From: Rhizaria sp. SCN 62-66
Taxonomy: Eukaryota
Length of the DNA: 64,000 bases
Assembly: GCA_001724265.1 (NCBI GenBank)
Contig: MEDY01000015.1
Span: 1 to 64,000, forward strand
Direction of reading: 5' to 3'
Both the position numbers and the translations under genes were made by a program. Below are positions 33,083-46,400 of the stretch, in pieces. The notes below the pieces were generated by a model, which was not told the origin of the DNA, searched no databases, and saw only the letters and a list, made by a program, of their open reading frames with translations. Within the stretch, counting starts at the first letter, position 1. Each line of letters starts with the position of its first letter.

Positions 33083-34592
33083 TCACTTACTCTTGACAGG
33101 AGCAGCCGCCTTCTTAGCATTCGCCTCCGCCTCCGCAGCCTTGGCATCCGCGATGCGGTTCTCCACCTCCTCCTCGGTAACCTTAATAATAAAATCGGCG
33201 TGGTCCTTGACGCTGTTCCAGAAGCGGTTCACCTCGCGCGCTTCGCGCACCAGGCACGTCTTCCACGCGTCAAACACATGGAACATCGCCTCCGGGTCCT
33301 GCTTCATACCGGAGGTGCGGAGATGGAGCACGTCAGAGGCGCCACGCCACTCGGCGGCGCACGGCGCCAGCTGGGCGATGCGCTCGCCGGCGGGCAGGGA
33401 GGCGTGGTGCGCGGCCACGAGCTTGGCCTGGAGGGCGGCGTCGCGCTCGCGCAGAGCGGCCTTGACGGCCTGAAGTTCGAAAAGCAATAACACAGTAAAA
33501 CAAGAACAAAGGGAAGATGAGAGCGAGGAGACAAGGACAAAAGTACAGGATGTGTGATGACATGTCAATAAAAATACCAAATTACATTTCGAATTGTTCT
33601 AAATACAAGTAACTCAGCACAGTGATGTGCGACGAACAAACAAATAGACGCGGTACGAGTCGAAGATGAAGCATGATAGGTACCTCGGCGTCGAACTTGT
33701 TGGTGGCGTTGGCGTAGATGTGGTCAACCAGCGCCTCGGTGATGCTCTGGGAGGCGAGCCACTGCATGTTCCACTGAACGCCCACCTTGGGCTGCTCCTC
33801 CTCCTTGCCGGCGGCGGCGACCGCGGCGGCGGCGGCAGCGACGGCCTCCTTGCCCTTGCCCTCAGCAGCGATGGCAGCCTCCTGCGCGGCGGCGCGCTTG
33901 GCGACGTGGGCCTCGGCCTGCGCGAAGATCGTGCCCTTGGCGGAGCCGGCAGGGTAGGTCTTGATGAGCGGGTAGGTGTAGGCCTCCTCACCGACGAGGA
34001 AGCCGCGGCGGTAGTTGTTGACGCCGTTCATCTTGGCGAAGGTGACCGAGGGGGCGTGGATCGCCATAACCTCGGCGACCTCCTGGAAGATGTGGGCGAA
34101 GGACGCGCACTGCGAGCATGTCGGGGAGTAGACGTCGAGCACGACGTCGGCCGTGGGGTTCATGATGACGGCGTCGATGCTGTTGCCGACGACCGTCTTG
34201 ACGGGGCCGCGGAGGTCGGTCGCAGAGACGGGGTCGCTGCGGGAAGGGAGGACAAACTCGGCGATTTCGTCCAACTTGGCCTCGTCGGCCGCGGAGAGGG
34301 AGGAACGCTTCTTCTTGCCGTCCTTGTTGTCGTCCTTGCCAGACGCGGCGGCAGCGCCGGTGACGATGCCCGCGGCGATCATATGCTTGAAGCGAAAGCC
34401 GGAGGAGGAAGAAGAGGAGTCGCGCGAGTAGTCGCGGTCGCCGTTGGAACGGGAGCGGGCGGACGCGACGGTCAGCGCAGAGGAAGACGAGGCGCGAGAC
34501 GCGATGGAAACCGAGACGAGGGGGGCCGCGGCTGCAACGACTGCGCGCGAGGCGAGAGGACGGGCCATGAGGGACACAGCACGGCGCATCAT
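33083..34592 (-). CDS. PDI-type thioredoxin-domain protein with mitochondrial-like presequence (431 aa, 2 exons)
   Basis: Exons 34592-33684 and 33469-33083, phase 0. RSDPV...GPVKTVVGNSIDAVIMNPTADVVLDVYSPTCSQC...TFAKMNG...YPLIKTYPAG matches the PDI x-linker plus a' domain pattern. N-terminus is Arg/Ser/Ala-rich and acid-free; ends TGA. Confidence 0.85.
33470..33683 (-). other. Spliceosomal intron, 214 nt, phase 0
   Basis: GAG|GTACCT...CTTCAG|GCC; AT-rich. Confidence 0.85.
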
Positions 34593-35222
34593 GGGCAGAA
34601 TCTAAGCGGAGAGCATGTTGCAAACAGATATATTGGAGTTGCGGCGTGAGAAGAATGCGTCGCGAGTGAGCTGGGGCGTCGGGATTAGGAGCGGGTTTGT
34701 ATCGTGGGGGCGGTGAGATAGCAACTGCGGGGATGCATACACCAAAGCTTACAAACTGTTTCAGGTTATTTTCAATTCAATTTCGCGTACAACCGCACAT
34801 GTAAAATGCCACTTAGTGAAAACAGATGTATATTACGTATGTCTGCGCTTCCAACAGACTCGCGAGTTTCTCTCGGGTTTGGGGTTGCAAGTTGACAAAC
34901 TGACCGAGTCCTCGGTCGGACGCCACCAAGCCCAGTCAAGCCAGTCAACCACAAACGCGTTTTCAACTTTTATAAGTCATCGAATCACATCAAAATCATA
35001 TGCTATCAAGATAAATCTGAACAGGTGAAAATTATACACATATTATTCTATATTTATTGGCTATTTATTATCGTAGGCATTTATACAACGCCAGTATCTA
35101 GCGTAATGGCCTGTTCATCGGACCAACTTTGATCATTCTTTGCATACAGACACCGACCACAACTGCACTTGGTCTCATATTCAATCAAAGAAAATTGCCT
35201 AACATAGAAGCACGACCAATAT

Positions 35223-36804
35223 TCACCGTTTGCCGCCCATACTGCTCATATTGGGCACACTGGGCGTCCTCCCGCCCATTCCGCTTCCCCCACCCAGACT
35301 GACCCTGCTGCCAATCCCCATAAACGCCCCACCCTGCCCCTGGTTTTGCCCGGCGACGCCTGGGCCCGCCACCACGCCCGGCGCCGCCCCGGTCCCGGGG
35401 CCGCCCGCCATGCCGCCGCCGCCGCTGTAGGCAGCGAGGTTGCCAGAGCTTGCGACCGTCTGCATCCCGGCGGTATTAAACCCACTGATGCTGTTATTGT
35501 TGCTGCTTGTGATTTGGCTGTAGTTGAAGCTCGCGCTCGCCCCCATGCCCGCGTGCCCCCCCGCGCCATACCCGCCCGCGCCGGCGTGAGACCCCCCGAG
35601 GCCTGCCTGGGCGAGGGAACTCGCGAGGGCGCCGGGCCCCAGCGAGGCACGTGTACCGGCCGCCCCCACCCCAGACCCGGCAGCGGCTGCGGCGGCGGCG
35701 CGTGAAGGCGGGAGAGGAGACGCCGGGGCTGAGCCGGCGGCGAGGCGGGCCGCCGCACTGTTCATCCCCGCTGCCGCTCCCGCCGCAGCAGAGTTGCTCC
35801 CGCCGGCGGCGGCGGGGTAGGCGCCGATGTTGCTGCCGCCGCGGCCGCTGGCTGCGGAGGTTGGAGGTAGACCGTGTTGCGCGAGGGAGACGGGCGCGAC
35901 GAGGGCCGCGGCCGGGGACGGCGCCGGCGGGGCCGAGGCGGCTTTGTTGAACGAGGTGACGAGTTGGCGCACTGCAGTGCAGAAGTTGGGGGAGTCCAGG
36001 CGCGAATTAGGCTGAAAAAAGCAAGCAAAATACGACAAAGCAACAAGAGAAGTGAAAACAACGATGTACAGAGACAATGGAAGCACAAACGTGAGACAAA
36101 ATCGGTGGCCAAGATATCAACACATCTTCGCGTTCTACAGATCTTATTCTACGTGTGATTTTTTTTTTTTTTTTCTGTTTTGGTACATCCCCAGGAACAT
36201 ACCTCGTGGAAAGGGTTGGCGATCGCGTTGATGTACAGCGTGTGGAGGGCGAGGAAAAGCGCCTTCACTGTGGCGTCGGAGGCTCCATCGCGGGCCACGG
36301 CGACAAACTTGGCGCGCGTGTTGGTGCAGTAACCGTAAATCTAGAGCGGAAACATTGAGAAGGCGAGCGATTGAAGGTTAGAGCGCAGCGATGACGGTTA
36401 CGGTTGCGTGCGCTTGTGCGGGCAGAGCAAACTAAGTGTTCAGGTGCAAAATTTCAGAGACGTACACGAGTGTCCTCAATTGAAAGAAGAGTGCCGAGAT
36501 ACATGTCTGCGTTGGCGCCGCTGGCACCGACGAGAGATGCGATTTTGTCCTCTAGCAGGTCGATGGACGAGTGGATTTGCAGATTCGCCTGAGCAATAGC
36601 ACGTGGTACGTAGAAGGAGTCAGGAAGTGAATGAAATGTGTCATGCAACAAGAGCAGGTACGCCAAGAGGATAGAAAACAGCCTGTGGCGCAAGAAAGCG
36701 GATGTCAGACGTACTTTAGCACTTGCTGCGGCGTCTGTGTGGCCGAAGTCCTCGAGGTAGAGGGGCTCGTTGTCGCGAGCCATGATGGCCAGCTTGCTGA
36801 TCAT
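35223..36804 (-). CDS. TRAPPC2L: TRAPP complex subunit 2-like (Sedlin family, Tca17) with long Gly/Ala tail (379 aa, 4 exons)
   Basis: Exons 36804-36715, 36588-36466, 36340-36203, 36011-35223, all phase 0. Spliced: LAIMARDNEPLYL...IHSSIDLLEDKI...DMYLGTLLSIEDTRIYGYCTNTRAKFV...LFLALHTLYINAIANPF...LDSPNF; ends TGA. Confidence 0.9.
36012..36202 (-). other. TRAPPC2L intron 3, 191 nt
   Basis: GAG|GTATGT...TTTCAG|CCT. Confidence 0.85.
36341..36465 (-). other. TRAPPC2L intron 2, 125 nt
   Basis: CGT|GTACGT...CTCTAG|ATT. Confidence 0.88.
36589..36714 (-). other. TRAPPC2L intron 1, 126 nt (in-frame, stop-free)
   Basis: AAA|GTACGT...GCTCAG|GCG; removal restores Sedlin-like spacing. Confidence 0.8.
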
Positions 36805-37449
36805 CACTGCGAGAGGAGGATGATGTCTAGTTGGAGTGGAATTACAAGAGAGTAAAAAGCCACACTAAACGCAATCGGTGCAAGAACGCTTAGTCGCCTG
36901 ACGGTCAGATGAGTGTGGGGCACTTCGTTCAAATTGTCCCAACTCACCGGCTCTCTGACGACGGGCAAGCCGAGCTTAAACGCGATGGTTCGTAAGCTGA
37001 TGCAAACCAGGATGCTCTGAGCGCTACCCACCGTCTTTTCTTGATTTGACTTGTGCTCAGTAGAAGACCTTTTAGCTGATGCATATCTTTAAATTATAAG
37101 TTTTTCTGCCATGAAGCACTCGTCCTACAGCGTCTTTGATTGAAAGCCCACCATCGTCCCCCAACCGGGTTTGTGGTTCTTTATTATCTTCCATCGACTG
37201 CGATAATTTCTGCTTCAGTTTATACCGGACCAAATTTTTCGTTAATCAAACACTTTGTTATTTTCCACCAGATCTGCTAATTTTCTATGGGCGACGAGTT
37301 ATGCCACTATCTGCTCAATTCCTTATCTCACATCACCACCTCCTCCGCCTATTCACCTTCGCCCTTGCCCCGACAGCGCTCTCTTCACCAGACCCGCTTT
37401 TTAATCTTTAAGCGCCTCGCACCGTACTGTTCTTTTTCCTGCACCGTTG

Positions 37450-40400
37450 ATGTCGTCCCCCGGGACCTCTGGTGGCGGAGGCCAGAGCCGCTCCCCGTCA
37501 CCCTCTCACCACGGCCAAACCCCCAACAACAGCGCCAGCAGCAACAGCAACAGCAGCAGCAGCAGCAACCCGAGCAGTCACGAGAGTCATAGTGCAGGTG
37601 ACGCCGGTGCGGCGCAGGCGACGGGCTCGATTGGCTCGCTGCTGGCGCGCTCAGTTTGGTCCGTGCTATCCGCTTGGACCAACTCCAGCAGTCAACAACA
37701 GTCACAATCTGTACAGACGGTGACGGCCGCTCAAACTTCTCAAAGCACAGTCGTTCCCGCCTCTAACGCCTCGAGCATCTCTGCTACTGAGGATGCTAGC
37801 TCTGCTCACCGTGTCTCTAGCGCGAGCGGCGCCGCTGCCGCAGGCTCTGCATTGCCGCCGCAGCCTGGCTCTGTCACCGCTTCATCGTATCACCCTCACG
37901 ATTCGACTGCGCTTGAGTCGATCTCCACCTCGCAGTCTCACTTGCAGTCATCGCAGCCCCGGTCCCGCGCCCGCACCCGCACGCACACACGCGCCGGCTC
38001 TGCCATTGCTCTCGGCAGCGCAGATCCCAATGCCGCCACCGCCTCGTCGCCGCATCTGTTCCCTCACGCGGACCCTCGCTCTACCTCGGGTAATCGTCCT
38101 ACGCCGACTGCCGCCGCGGGCGCAGAGGCGTTGTCTCTGGGACCGAGCGATGCGAGCTCTTACCACGCAGCACATGCTGCCCGCGCAATGGGACGAAATG
38201 AGGCCGTTGGTGCGCACTCTGTGAGCACCGGGGGCGAGATGGGGAGTGTCTTCACCCCAGGCCCTGGCGCCGCGTCGGTGCTCGCTCTCAGGGCCGCGTT
38301 TGACCACAGTCACCCACACAGTCATCGCGGCAGTGGCAGTGGCTACGGCCAGAGTCAGGGTCAGGGTCAGAGCCACGGTCACTCTCGCCGGTCTGGGGTG
38401 CAGAGCTACAACCAGAGCCGCCGTACCCTCGGCTACGATGATGAAGAAGAAGAGGAGGATGACGACGAACTCAACACGGATACGGACAACAACACAGATA
38501 CCGACACCGATACGGATACAGACGCTGACACGGACACTGACGAGCTCGAGCCATCTCCCGCTTCATCTCCCAACATCATCAACAACAACAACAATCTCAT
38601 TAACAGTGCGAGTAGTAGCAACATCCACGCTAACATGGTCGCCACCGGTGCAGTCGTGGCCCCCGTGACTGTGGGGGTAGGGGCCGCCTCCGCCAACGCC
38701 AACGCCGCCGGCGCCGCGAGCGCGCTGCCACTGTCCCGCCTCGCTATCCCCCACTCGCACTCGCGCTCAGCCTTGCTGGCGGCAGATGCGGCCGCTGTCG
38801 CCGCGGCAGTCGCGGCCGCCGCCGCTGCCACCGCCACCGTGTCTGCCTCCACGTCTAACATCGGCACTGGGACTGGGTCGGCGTCGCCGTCGCTCAATGT
38901 CCGCCGCACATCTTCAACTGCTGCGGGCGATGCCTACGGCTATGGCAACCACGGCGACGACGGCGGCGGTGACGGGGACGACGACGATGATGCATATTCG
39001 TACACCGACACGGACTCGCTGCAGCAAGACGTCGACAGCTCTCTTACTGCAGCCGAGCCTACATCTGCTCGGAGCAACGCTGCGGGCCGGAGAGTCAAGC
39101 GTGCTCTCTGGGGCTCTGGGGCGACTGTGGCGCCCGCTCACGGTCATTCCGCTGCTGCAACTGCCGCTACTACTGCTGCAGCAGCTGCTGCTGGTGTTGC
39201 CACGACGGCTACTCACGGTCACCTCGAGACTGCACAGGGCGGCCTGACTGCGGGGCCGTTTGACCGGTCGCGCTCGGGCTCGGGCTCGGCCAACTTACTC
39301 GCACTCACCAACGCTAACAGTAACAATAACACCAACAGCCATACGAGTGCTGCGCTGCATTATACCAGTCTCGGCCTCGGCCTCGGCCCCGGTCAGGGCC
39401 TACACAGCCACGGCCTCAGCCACGGCCACGGCTACTACGGACTGACTGCGCTGCCTGCCGGTTTGTCTCTGCCGGCAATCGCGTCTCTGCCAGTCACGTC
39501 GTCTCTGCCCGTCACGTCGTCATTGCCGTCGCACGCACTGCCCATTGGCGCGGTCAACTCGGACACAGCCGGCTTGACGGGCACTCCCACCGCCAGCGCC
39601 CATGCCGCCGGCGCTGGCGCGGGCGCTGGGGCTGCGGTGACGCCGGTGACTCCTCTCGGGACAAGCTCGACTGACAGCGATGCCGCTGCTCTGTCCAGTG
39701 CGATGGCGACTACCGGCACTCCCCACCCATCAGACGGCGGCGAAGGTCCCCACAGTGGCGCAACTGCGGCTGCAGCCACGGCCACGACGCAAGACCCCGC
39801 CCGCTCGTCCCCGCCCCGTACCGCAGTGACCACGGGCAGCGGGAGCGGAGTGACCGTGAGCATGCCCGACGACACCGCTGTCACGCCCACGGTCACGCCC
39901 ACGGTCACGCCCACTCACCACACGAATCCTGGCGCTAGCAGCAACAGCAGCGCCGCGCCTGAGAGCGGCGTTTTGTCGCTGGGCGCGGGCCAAGCGCTGC
40001 TGCGCCGCCTGCTGGAGCTGACTTCCATCGTCACCACTCCGGGGCCGTCGCCATCGCCCGCCACGCCCGCTGCCGGCTCACTCGCGACCGCCGCGACCGC
40101 CGGCAGCAGCAACAGCAGCAGCGGCAGCGGTAGTGCCGGTGGCGCCAGCGGGCTGGACGCGGCGGCGGCGGCGGCTGCGGCGGCGCTGCCGGCCTCGGTC
40201 AGTGCCGCCGCCGCCGCTGCCGCTGCGGCTGCTGGTTCTGACGCTGCGGACGGCCACCCCGCCGGTGCGGGTGCGGGTGCGGGTGCGAGCCTTAGCAGCC
40301 TCGGCGTCGGCATGCGCCCACACCCCGGCTCTCTGCAGAGCGGTGCCCAAGCCAGCAGCAGCAGCAACAGCAGCAACAGAAACACGGCCATGGGCCACTC

Positions 40401-43400
40401 GTTGTCGCACCCGCTCCCGCACTCCTCGTCACAGTCGCTATCGTAGTCGCATTTGCTGCCGGGCTCGCTGATGGCGGCCACGACCATCTCTGCCCACAGT
40501 CCCAGCCACAGCTACAGCATCGCGGCCGCGCCTTCCTCCACCGCCGCGAGCACGGCCGCGAGTACCGTCCCGGGTGCCTCGGGACACGTGAGTCTGGGCA
40601 CGTGCCTCAGCAACAGCAACAGCAGCAGCATCGCCATCACGAGTTCCCGCGGGACCGGTGCCGGTACCGGTACTGGCGCTCCCGTCGACCGTCGCCGGGT
40701 GAGTTTCGGCCCCACACACACCGCTGCGTACCCCACGAGTACCGGCTCCGGCCACTACAGCCCCAGTCCGACCCCGAGCCCGCGCGGGAGCCCGCGTGGA
40801 AGCCCGGCTTCCGTGGCGGCAGCCGGCGCGGCCATCGCCGCTGCGGCCGCGGACACGGGGCTCAGTGTCGTCAGTGGCGGCGCGTTCGACGATATGTTTG
40901 CTGCGATCCCCTTCGATCCTTCTAACAACAACATCATCAACGATGCTAACCGCAACGTCGCTGTCCCTGGCTCTGCGTCTGCTACCACGACCGATGCTGT
41001 GCTCGAGTCAGCTTTCTTGGGTCTCGCTCGCAGCGACTCGCACCTCCGCGGCGACTCACTGCTCCGTAGTGACTCTCTGCTCCGTAGCGACTCTATGATG
41101 CGCAGTGCACCCGGTGAGAGCACAAGTAGACTTGACTACTGGGTTGGCCCTTCCCCGCAACATCAGCAGCAGCAACTGCAACAGGCTGGTTTAGTGCCCG
41201 CGCCCGCTGTTGGCTCGACTCTTAGCCCTGTGCACGCCCACAGTCACCACGCACAGCCACAGTCTCAGTCATATCCGCATTCGATGTTGGCGATGGCGCG
41301 GTCTCAGTCAGGCGACCTCTCGCCGTCACCGACACTCTCACGGTCATCGTCCGCGTCGTCGTCGTCTTCGCTATCGTCCGTCGCATCCTCAGTCTCCTCT
41401 CTCGCGGACGGCGGCTACGCCGACACCGACGGCTCCAATGGCACCGCCGCTGCGAATGCAGCCACTGCCGCCGCCACAGCGAACGAGAACGTCGCCGGCG
41501 GCGCAGGTGCGGGCGACGGGAACAGCAACGATGCGTTGCCGCCGCTGCGCGGGCGCACGCGCGCGCGCGACGGCGAGCGCGACCGCTCCCGCACCCGTCA
41601 GCGCGGTAGCACTGTGACGCGCACCGCCGCCGCCGCCGCCGCGGCCGCTGCGGCCGCCGCCGCCGAGGCCGCCGCCGCCACTGCCGCCGCGGCCGCCGCT
41701 GCGGTTGAGGCGCACCGCTCGCGCAGCCCGTTCGCCGCGGCTTTGTCGTCCTCCGCCGCCGCGGCCGCTGCGGCTGCGACGACGGCGGCCGCTGTCGGTG
41801 GCACCGCCACCAGTGGCGAGCCGAGCCCCCTCCGCAGCCCCGCCGAGAGCGACGCGGGCGGCGCTATGGCGGCCGCTCTGAGCAGCGGTGACAACAACGG
41901 CGGTAACGGCAGCGCCGGCGACTCGGCGGCCGCTGACTCGAATGCAGTCTCTGTTTGTGACGGCACCGATGTCGACGCGGGCGACGCCGACGCCGAGACC
42001 GACGCCGATGGTGACATTGAGATCGGAATCCCTGCGGGCACGAACGCGCGCGCTTCCGTTGCGATCAAGGCTGCGACGCGCACGCTTTCCGCAGCAGGCG
42101 CGGCCATGCACACTGCGTTCAACGCGCTGTTGAGCCGCTTCACAACGTCCGCAGCTCCCGGTGCTCCCGCAGCTGTCAACACGCCCCCCGCGGTTCCCGC
42201 CACCGCCGCTACCGCTGCTGACGCGGCTGCGACCAAGCCCTCCGCTGCTGTCGCGACCGGTGCTGACGCGGCAAAGACGGCCGCAGCCAAGCCCCCCGCT
42301 GTGCCCGCTCGCGTAGCCGCCACACAGACCGCGACCGCGGCCGCAGTCGCGGCTGCGCCGGCGTCGGCATCGAAGCCTCGGTCCACGTTGGGCGGGTTTT
42401 TCTCCGGCCGTTACTCCACGGGCAGCGCGAGCAGCAGCACGAGCGATGCCGGCCAGCCGCCGTACTCGCGTCCTGGCTCCGTGGGCCCGCACACCACCTC
42501 CAGCGGCGGCAGCGGCAGCAACAGCTTCGCTTCCGCGACCGGCAGCGCGGGCTCGGCCGCGAGCAGTTTCACCGAGGCTAACGCCGCCGCCGCTGGCACG
42601 AAGCGTGTCACGGTCAAGACGACCGGCGCTGCGGCGATTGCCGGCGGCGACAGCAGCGGCACAAATCGCCTCTTTCTGCAGCCTCCAGCGCAGGCGAACC
42701 ACCGCATCACGGGCCAGGTCGCGCTGGGCGCCATCACGTTCCTGCTCGTGGCGCTGCTGTCTTTGTCCGTGGTTCTCGTGCGCCGCGCGCCCGTGTGCAC
42801 GATCTTGACGATTTTGCTCGTGGCGACACTGTTGGCGTTCGTGTTGACCGAGACGCGCAAGATCGGCATCTGGCACTCGCGGATCGAGTACGAGAACCAG
42901 TTCTGGACGCTCTGGAACACAGCGCTCGCGGCCACGTTGATCTTCTCACCCGACTCCCCGGTCTCGACGCCGTTCTACGCGTACCCGTGGTTCGGCATCT
43001 TCCTCGTCATCACGGCCGGCTTCCACGCCCACCATCGCGACCGCGCACAGTCCCACACCCTGCTGCGCCGGCCGTTGCTGCCGCGCGTGCCGTCGCTGGC
43101 GCTCGTCGCGCGCGGGCAAGCCAAAGACACGCTCACACGCGTGCAGACGCACGTGACGTCCCTCGACAACAGGTTCGCTTTGTCGAAGCCCTTCCGCTCC
43201 CGCGCCACGACCAGCGCTGAAGAGGCGATTCTGACCATTTTCCGCGAGTGTACGCGTGAAGAGCTGAACTACGTGGTGTCGAACGTGTCTCTGGCGTGGA
43301 TGCTGCACAAGATCAAGGACCGTGAGCCCAAGGAGAAGGAGCGGGTTGCTGCACAGCGGGCCGCAGACGACGCCGCCAGGCTCGCCAAGGCCGCGGCCGA

Positions 43401-46400
43401 GGCGGCTGAGGCGGCTGTCGCTGCTGCCACAAACGCTGCGAGCAACGCCAACAGCACGGAGCAACAGCTTGGCGCAACGGCGGTCACTGGCGCAACGGCG
43501 GTCACTGGCGCTGCTGCGGCCGCTGCCACCGCGGCCGCTGCCACCGCGGCTGCTGCCGCGGCCGCGACAGCCGCCGCGACAGCCGCCGCGGCCGCCGCTG
43601 TCGCCGCGCGCCGTGGCCGCCGCACCGCACTGCTTAACCTGCTCACCCGCGACCGCCTCGCTGACTTGGACGTTGTGGCGCGCGCGTGTGTGTTGGATGC
43701 GCTGCAAAACCTGCGCCTCACGGCCCACGTCGACGCCATTGCGTTCGTGACGAACATCTTGCTGCACACGTACGGCGTCGACATGACCAACTTGAAGTCT
43801 CTCATGGACACCAAGGGCGACGCCAACTCGTTGCACAAGCTGCTCTTCACAGACGTGCCCGACGAGGCCGCGCGCGGGGCCATTCTGGCGCATATCAAGC
43901 GCGAGGGCGACGCCGTGTTGGCGCAGCGTGCCGCCGCTGGACTGGGCAACCTCGCGCGGCAGCCCATGCGGCTCGGTGTGCCGTTTCCACAGAAGTTGCC
44001 ACATAAGCGCGCGCAACTCGCTCTACCAGTGCCTGCGCCTGCGTCTTCATCTTCATCGCTCTCGTCGTCGTCTCTAGGCGCGAGTTCTGCTGTTGAGGCC
44101 ATACGTGCCGCCGAGACTGATGGAAAGGCGGCGGGGCCCGGTGCTGTTGCCGCTAAGGCGGACTCAAGCGCTGTCAGCGCATCTGCGCCAGACGACAATC
44201 CCGTTGCAAGCGAAACTTGTGCCGAGGCGGAGGTCACCATTGTGTCCATTGCGGCTGGCAACGCGAGCAGCAGCTCTCTGGAGCCCGTCGACCCCCGCGT
44301 GTCCCTGGGTGCGGAGGATTTGCTGCGGTGGGGCGCTGCGCCTGCTTCCTCGCTGCCGTTCTCCCTGCTCGCGAAGCTCCGTGACCAGCACCGCCAGTGC
44401 CCTGCTCTCACTCTGGCGCCACCGAGCGCGAGCAGCGACGCTGGGAGTGCATGCGACAGAGACGCGAGCGTGGTGCCCCGCGCGCTGCCTCTGCGCGCGC
44501 AGTGGCCGCCGTACGCTGAGCTCGCTTACTCGGCGCGCTACGGCGGCGGCGTTACACTGCCCCCGCCCGAGCTTTTCTCTGACGCCCCGTCCCCTGCGTT
44601 CACGCCGACGGTCACCACGGCCACGACGACCGGACTCAGCGACGTCCGCGCCGCTCTCAGACTCCCGCGCGCCAGCGCCGGCGGCGGCGTCCCCGCCTGC
44701 GTGGTGGGCTACTCGAGCACCGGCAGCGACGCCGCGCGCACGGCCGCGCTGGCGCACATGCAGCTGCTGCAACACCTCGCGGTCGCCGCGTACACCGCGC
44801 TCACCGCCGCGTCCGCCGCGTCCGCCGCCGCCACAGCCGCCGCGGCCGCCGCGGGCGCGCCGCTGCCGTCGGTCGCCGCCGCCGCTGCAGTAGCGACGGC
44901 GACCCACGCGTCACCGCTGCTGTATTACGCCAGTATCGCGCAGATCCACGCCGCGTTGCGGGCTGCAGTGAACCCTGAGACCGTGATTACCGGTCCAGTC
45001 GCCAATGCCACTCCTCAGCCTCAGGGCGCGCAGACTGCCGATGCGATCGCAAACGTTCCGACTGCTTCACAGTCTGACGACACACCGGCGTTATCTGCAC
45101 TCAGCGCTCTCAATGCCGCTCTCGGGGGCACTGGGAACAGCCAGAACAACAGCAATATCCTTGCGAAGCCGGCCACAATCGCTGACCCGACAGCCGCCGA
45201 GCTGTGGATTCTTGCTGACTGTCTCCACGACCGGTTGGAGTGCCTCTTTCGCGCCCACGGTCTCTCCGTGCGCGCCCCGGCGCGCGCCCCCGCGGCGGCG
45301 CGCGAGTGCGACAATGACCGCGACGGCGACTGTGCGCCCTCGGCTCTTGTCTCGCTCGCCGTTGCGGGCATCGCCATCCAGCTGCAGACCGAGGAAGAGG
45401 CCGCCGCAGCCGCTGCGGCAACTGCCGCCCGCGCCGCCGCCGCGCGCCGCCGCGCCCAGGGCCCCGCTGGCGGTGCTGCTCGGCAGGGCCTCCGCAGCGC
45501 CTACAGCGCTGCGTCTGCGACTGCGGCTGCTGCTGAGGCTGAGGCCGAGGCTGCTGCTCTGCAGTGGCAGTGCCCGGGCTCCGAGTCCTGGGTCGTCGCC
45601 GTCACGCACCCACTGCCCGTGGCGCTCGCGTTGCCGCTTGCGGTCACGTACGACTCGCTCCTCTGCGCGCCCGGCCCTACCGGCGCCAACACCGCCGAGT
45701 CCGCCTCTGCGGCCGCGAGGGCCGCCGCGGAGTCGGGCGCGCGCTTCACGCCGCAGGGCTTCGCGGCGCTGTGCCGCGCCATGCCGGACCCCGCGCCCGC
45801 GGCCGTCGCTGCTGCGCCGCTGCCGCCGCACCTCCGCTTCGCCGAGGAGGCTGCAGCCAACGCTACTGCCAACGCCGCCGCCGAGGCCGCTGCTGCAGAG
45901 GCCGCCGCCACCGAGGCTGCTAAACGCCCCGCGGCGGCTGCGCCCACTATTGTGACGGCCGCAACTGCTGCTGCCAACGCAGTGAACAGCGCTGCGGCTG
46001 CGCTGCCCCCGCTGCCTTCAGCCCCCGCCGCTGCCGCATCTGCCTCTGCCCCTCCCGGTGGCAGCGGCGTCGGCGGTAAGATGGGCGTTCTCGTGCGGCC
46101 CCCGCGCCAGTCATATGCTCGCACCGACTCTACTCCTGGCACAGGATCTACTGGCGCTGGTTCTGGCGCTGGTTCTGGCTCTGGCTCGGGCGTGGGCGCC
46201 GGTGCGGCGACCGGTGGTGGCGGCGGCCGGTTAGCCCGCGCAGCGACAGCGCGCGCGTCTTCCCGCGCCACCACGAGCTTCACCGCCCCGTCCCCGGTCC
46301 CGACTGCCGCCGCTGTGTCAACTCCTGTGGCGACCCCTGCGCCCGGTGCGACTTCGGTCACGACTGTTGCTGCGCCAGACAGTGGCCGCAGCGCGATGCG

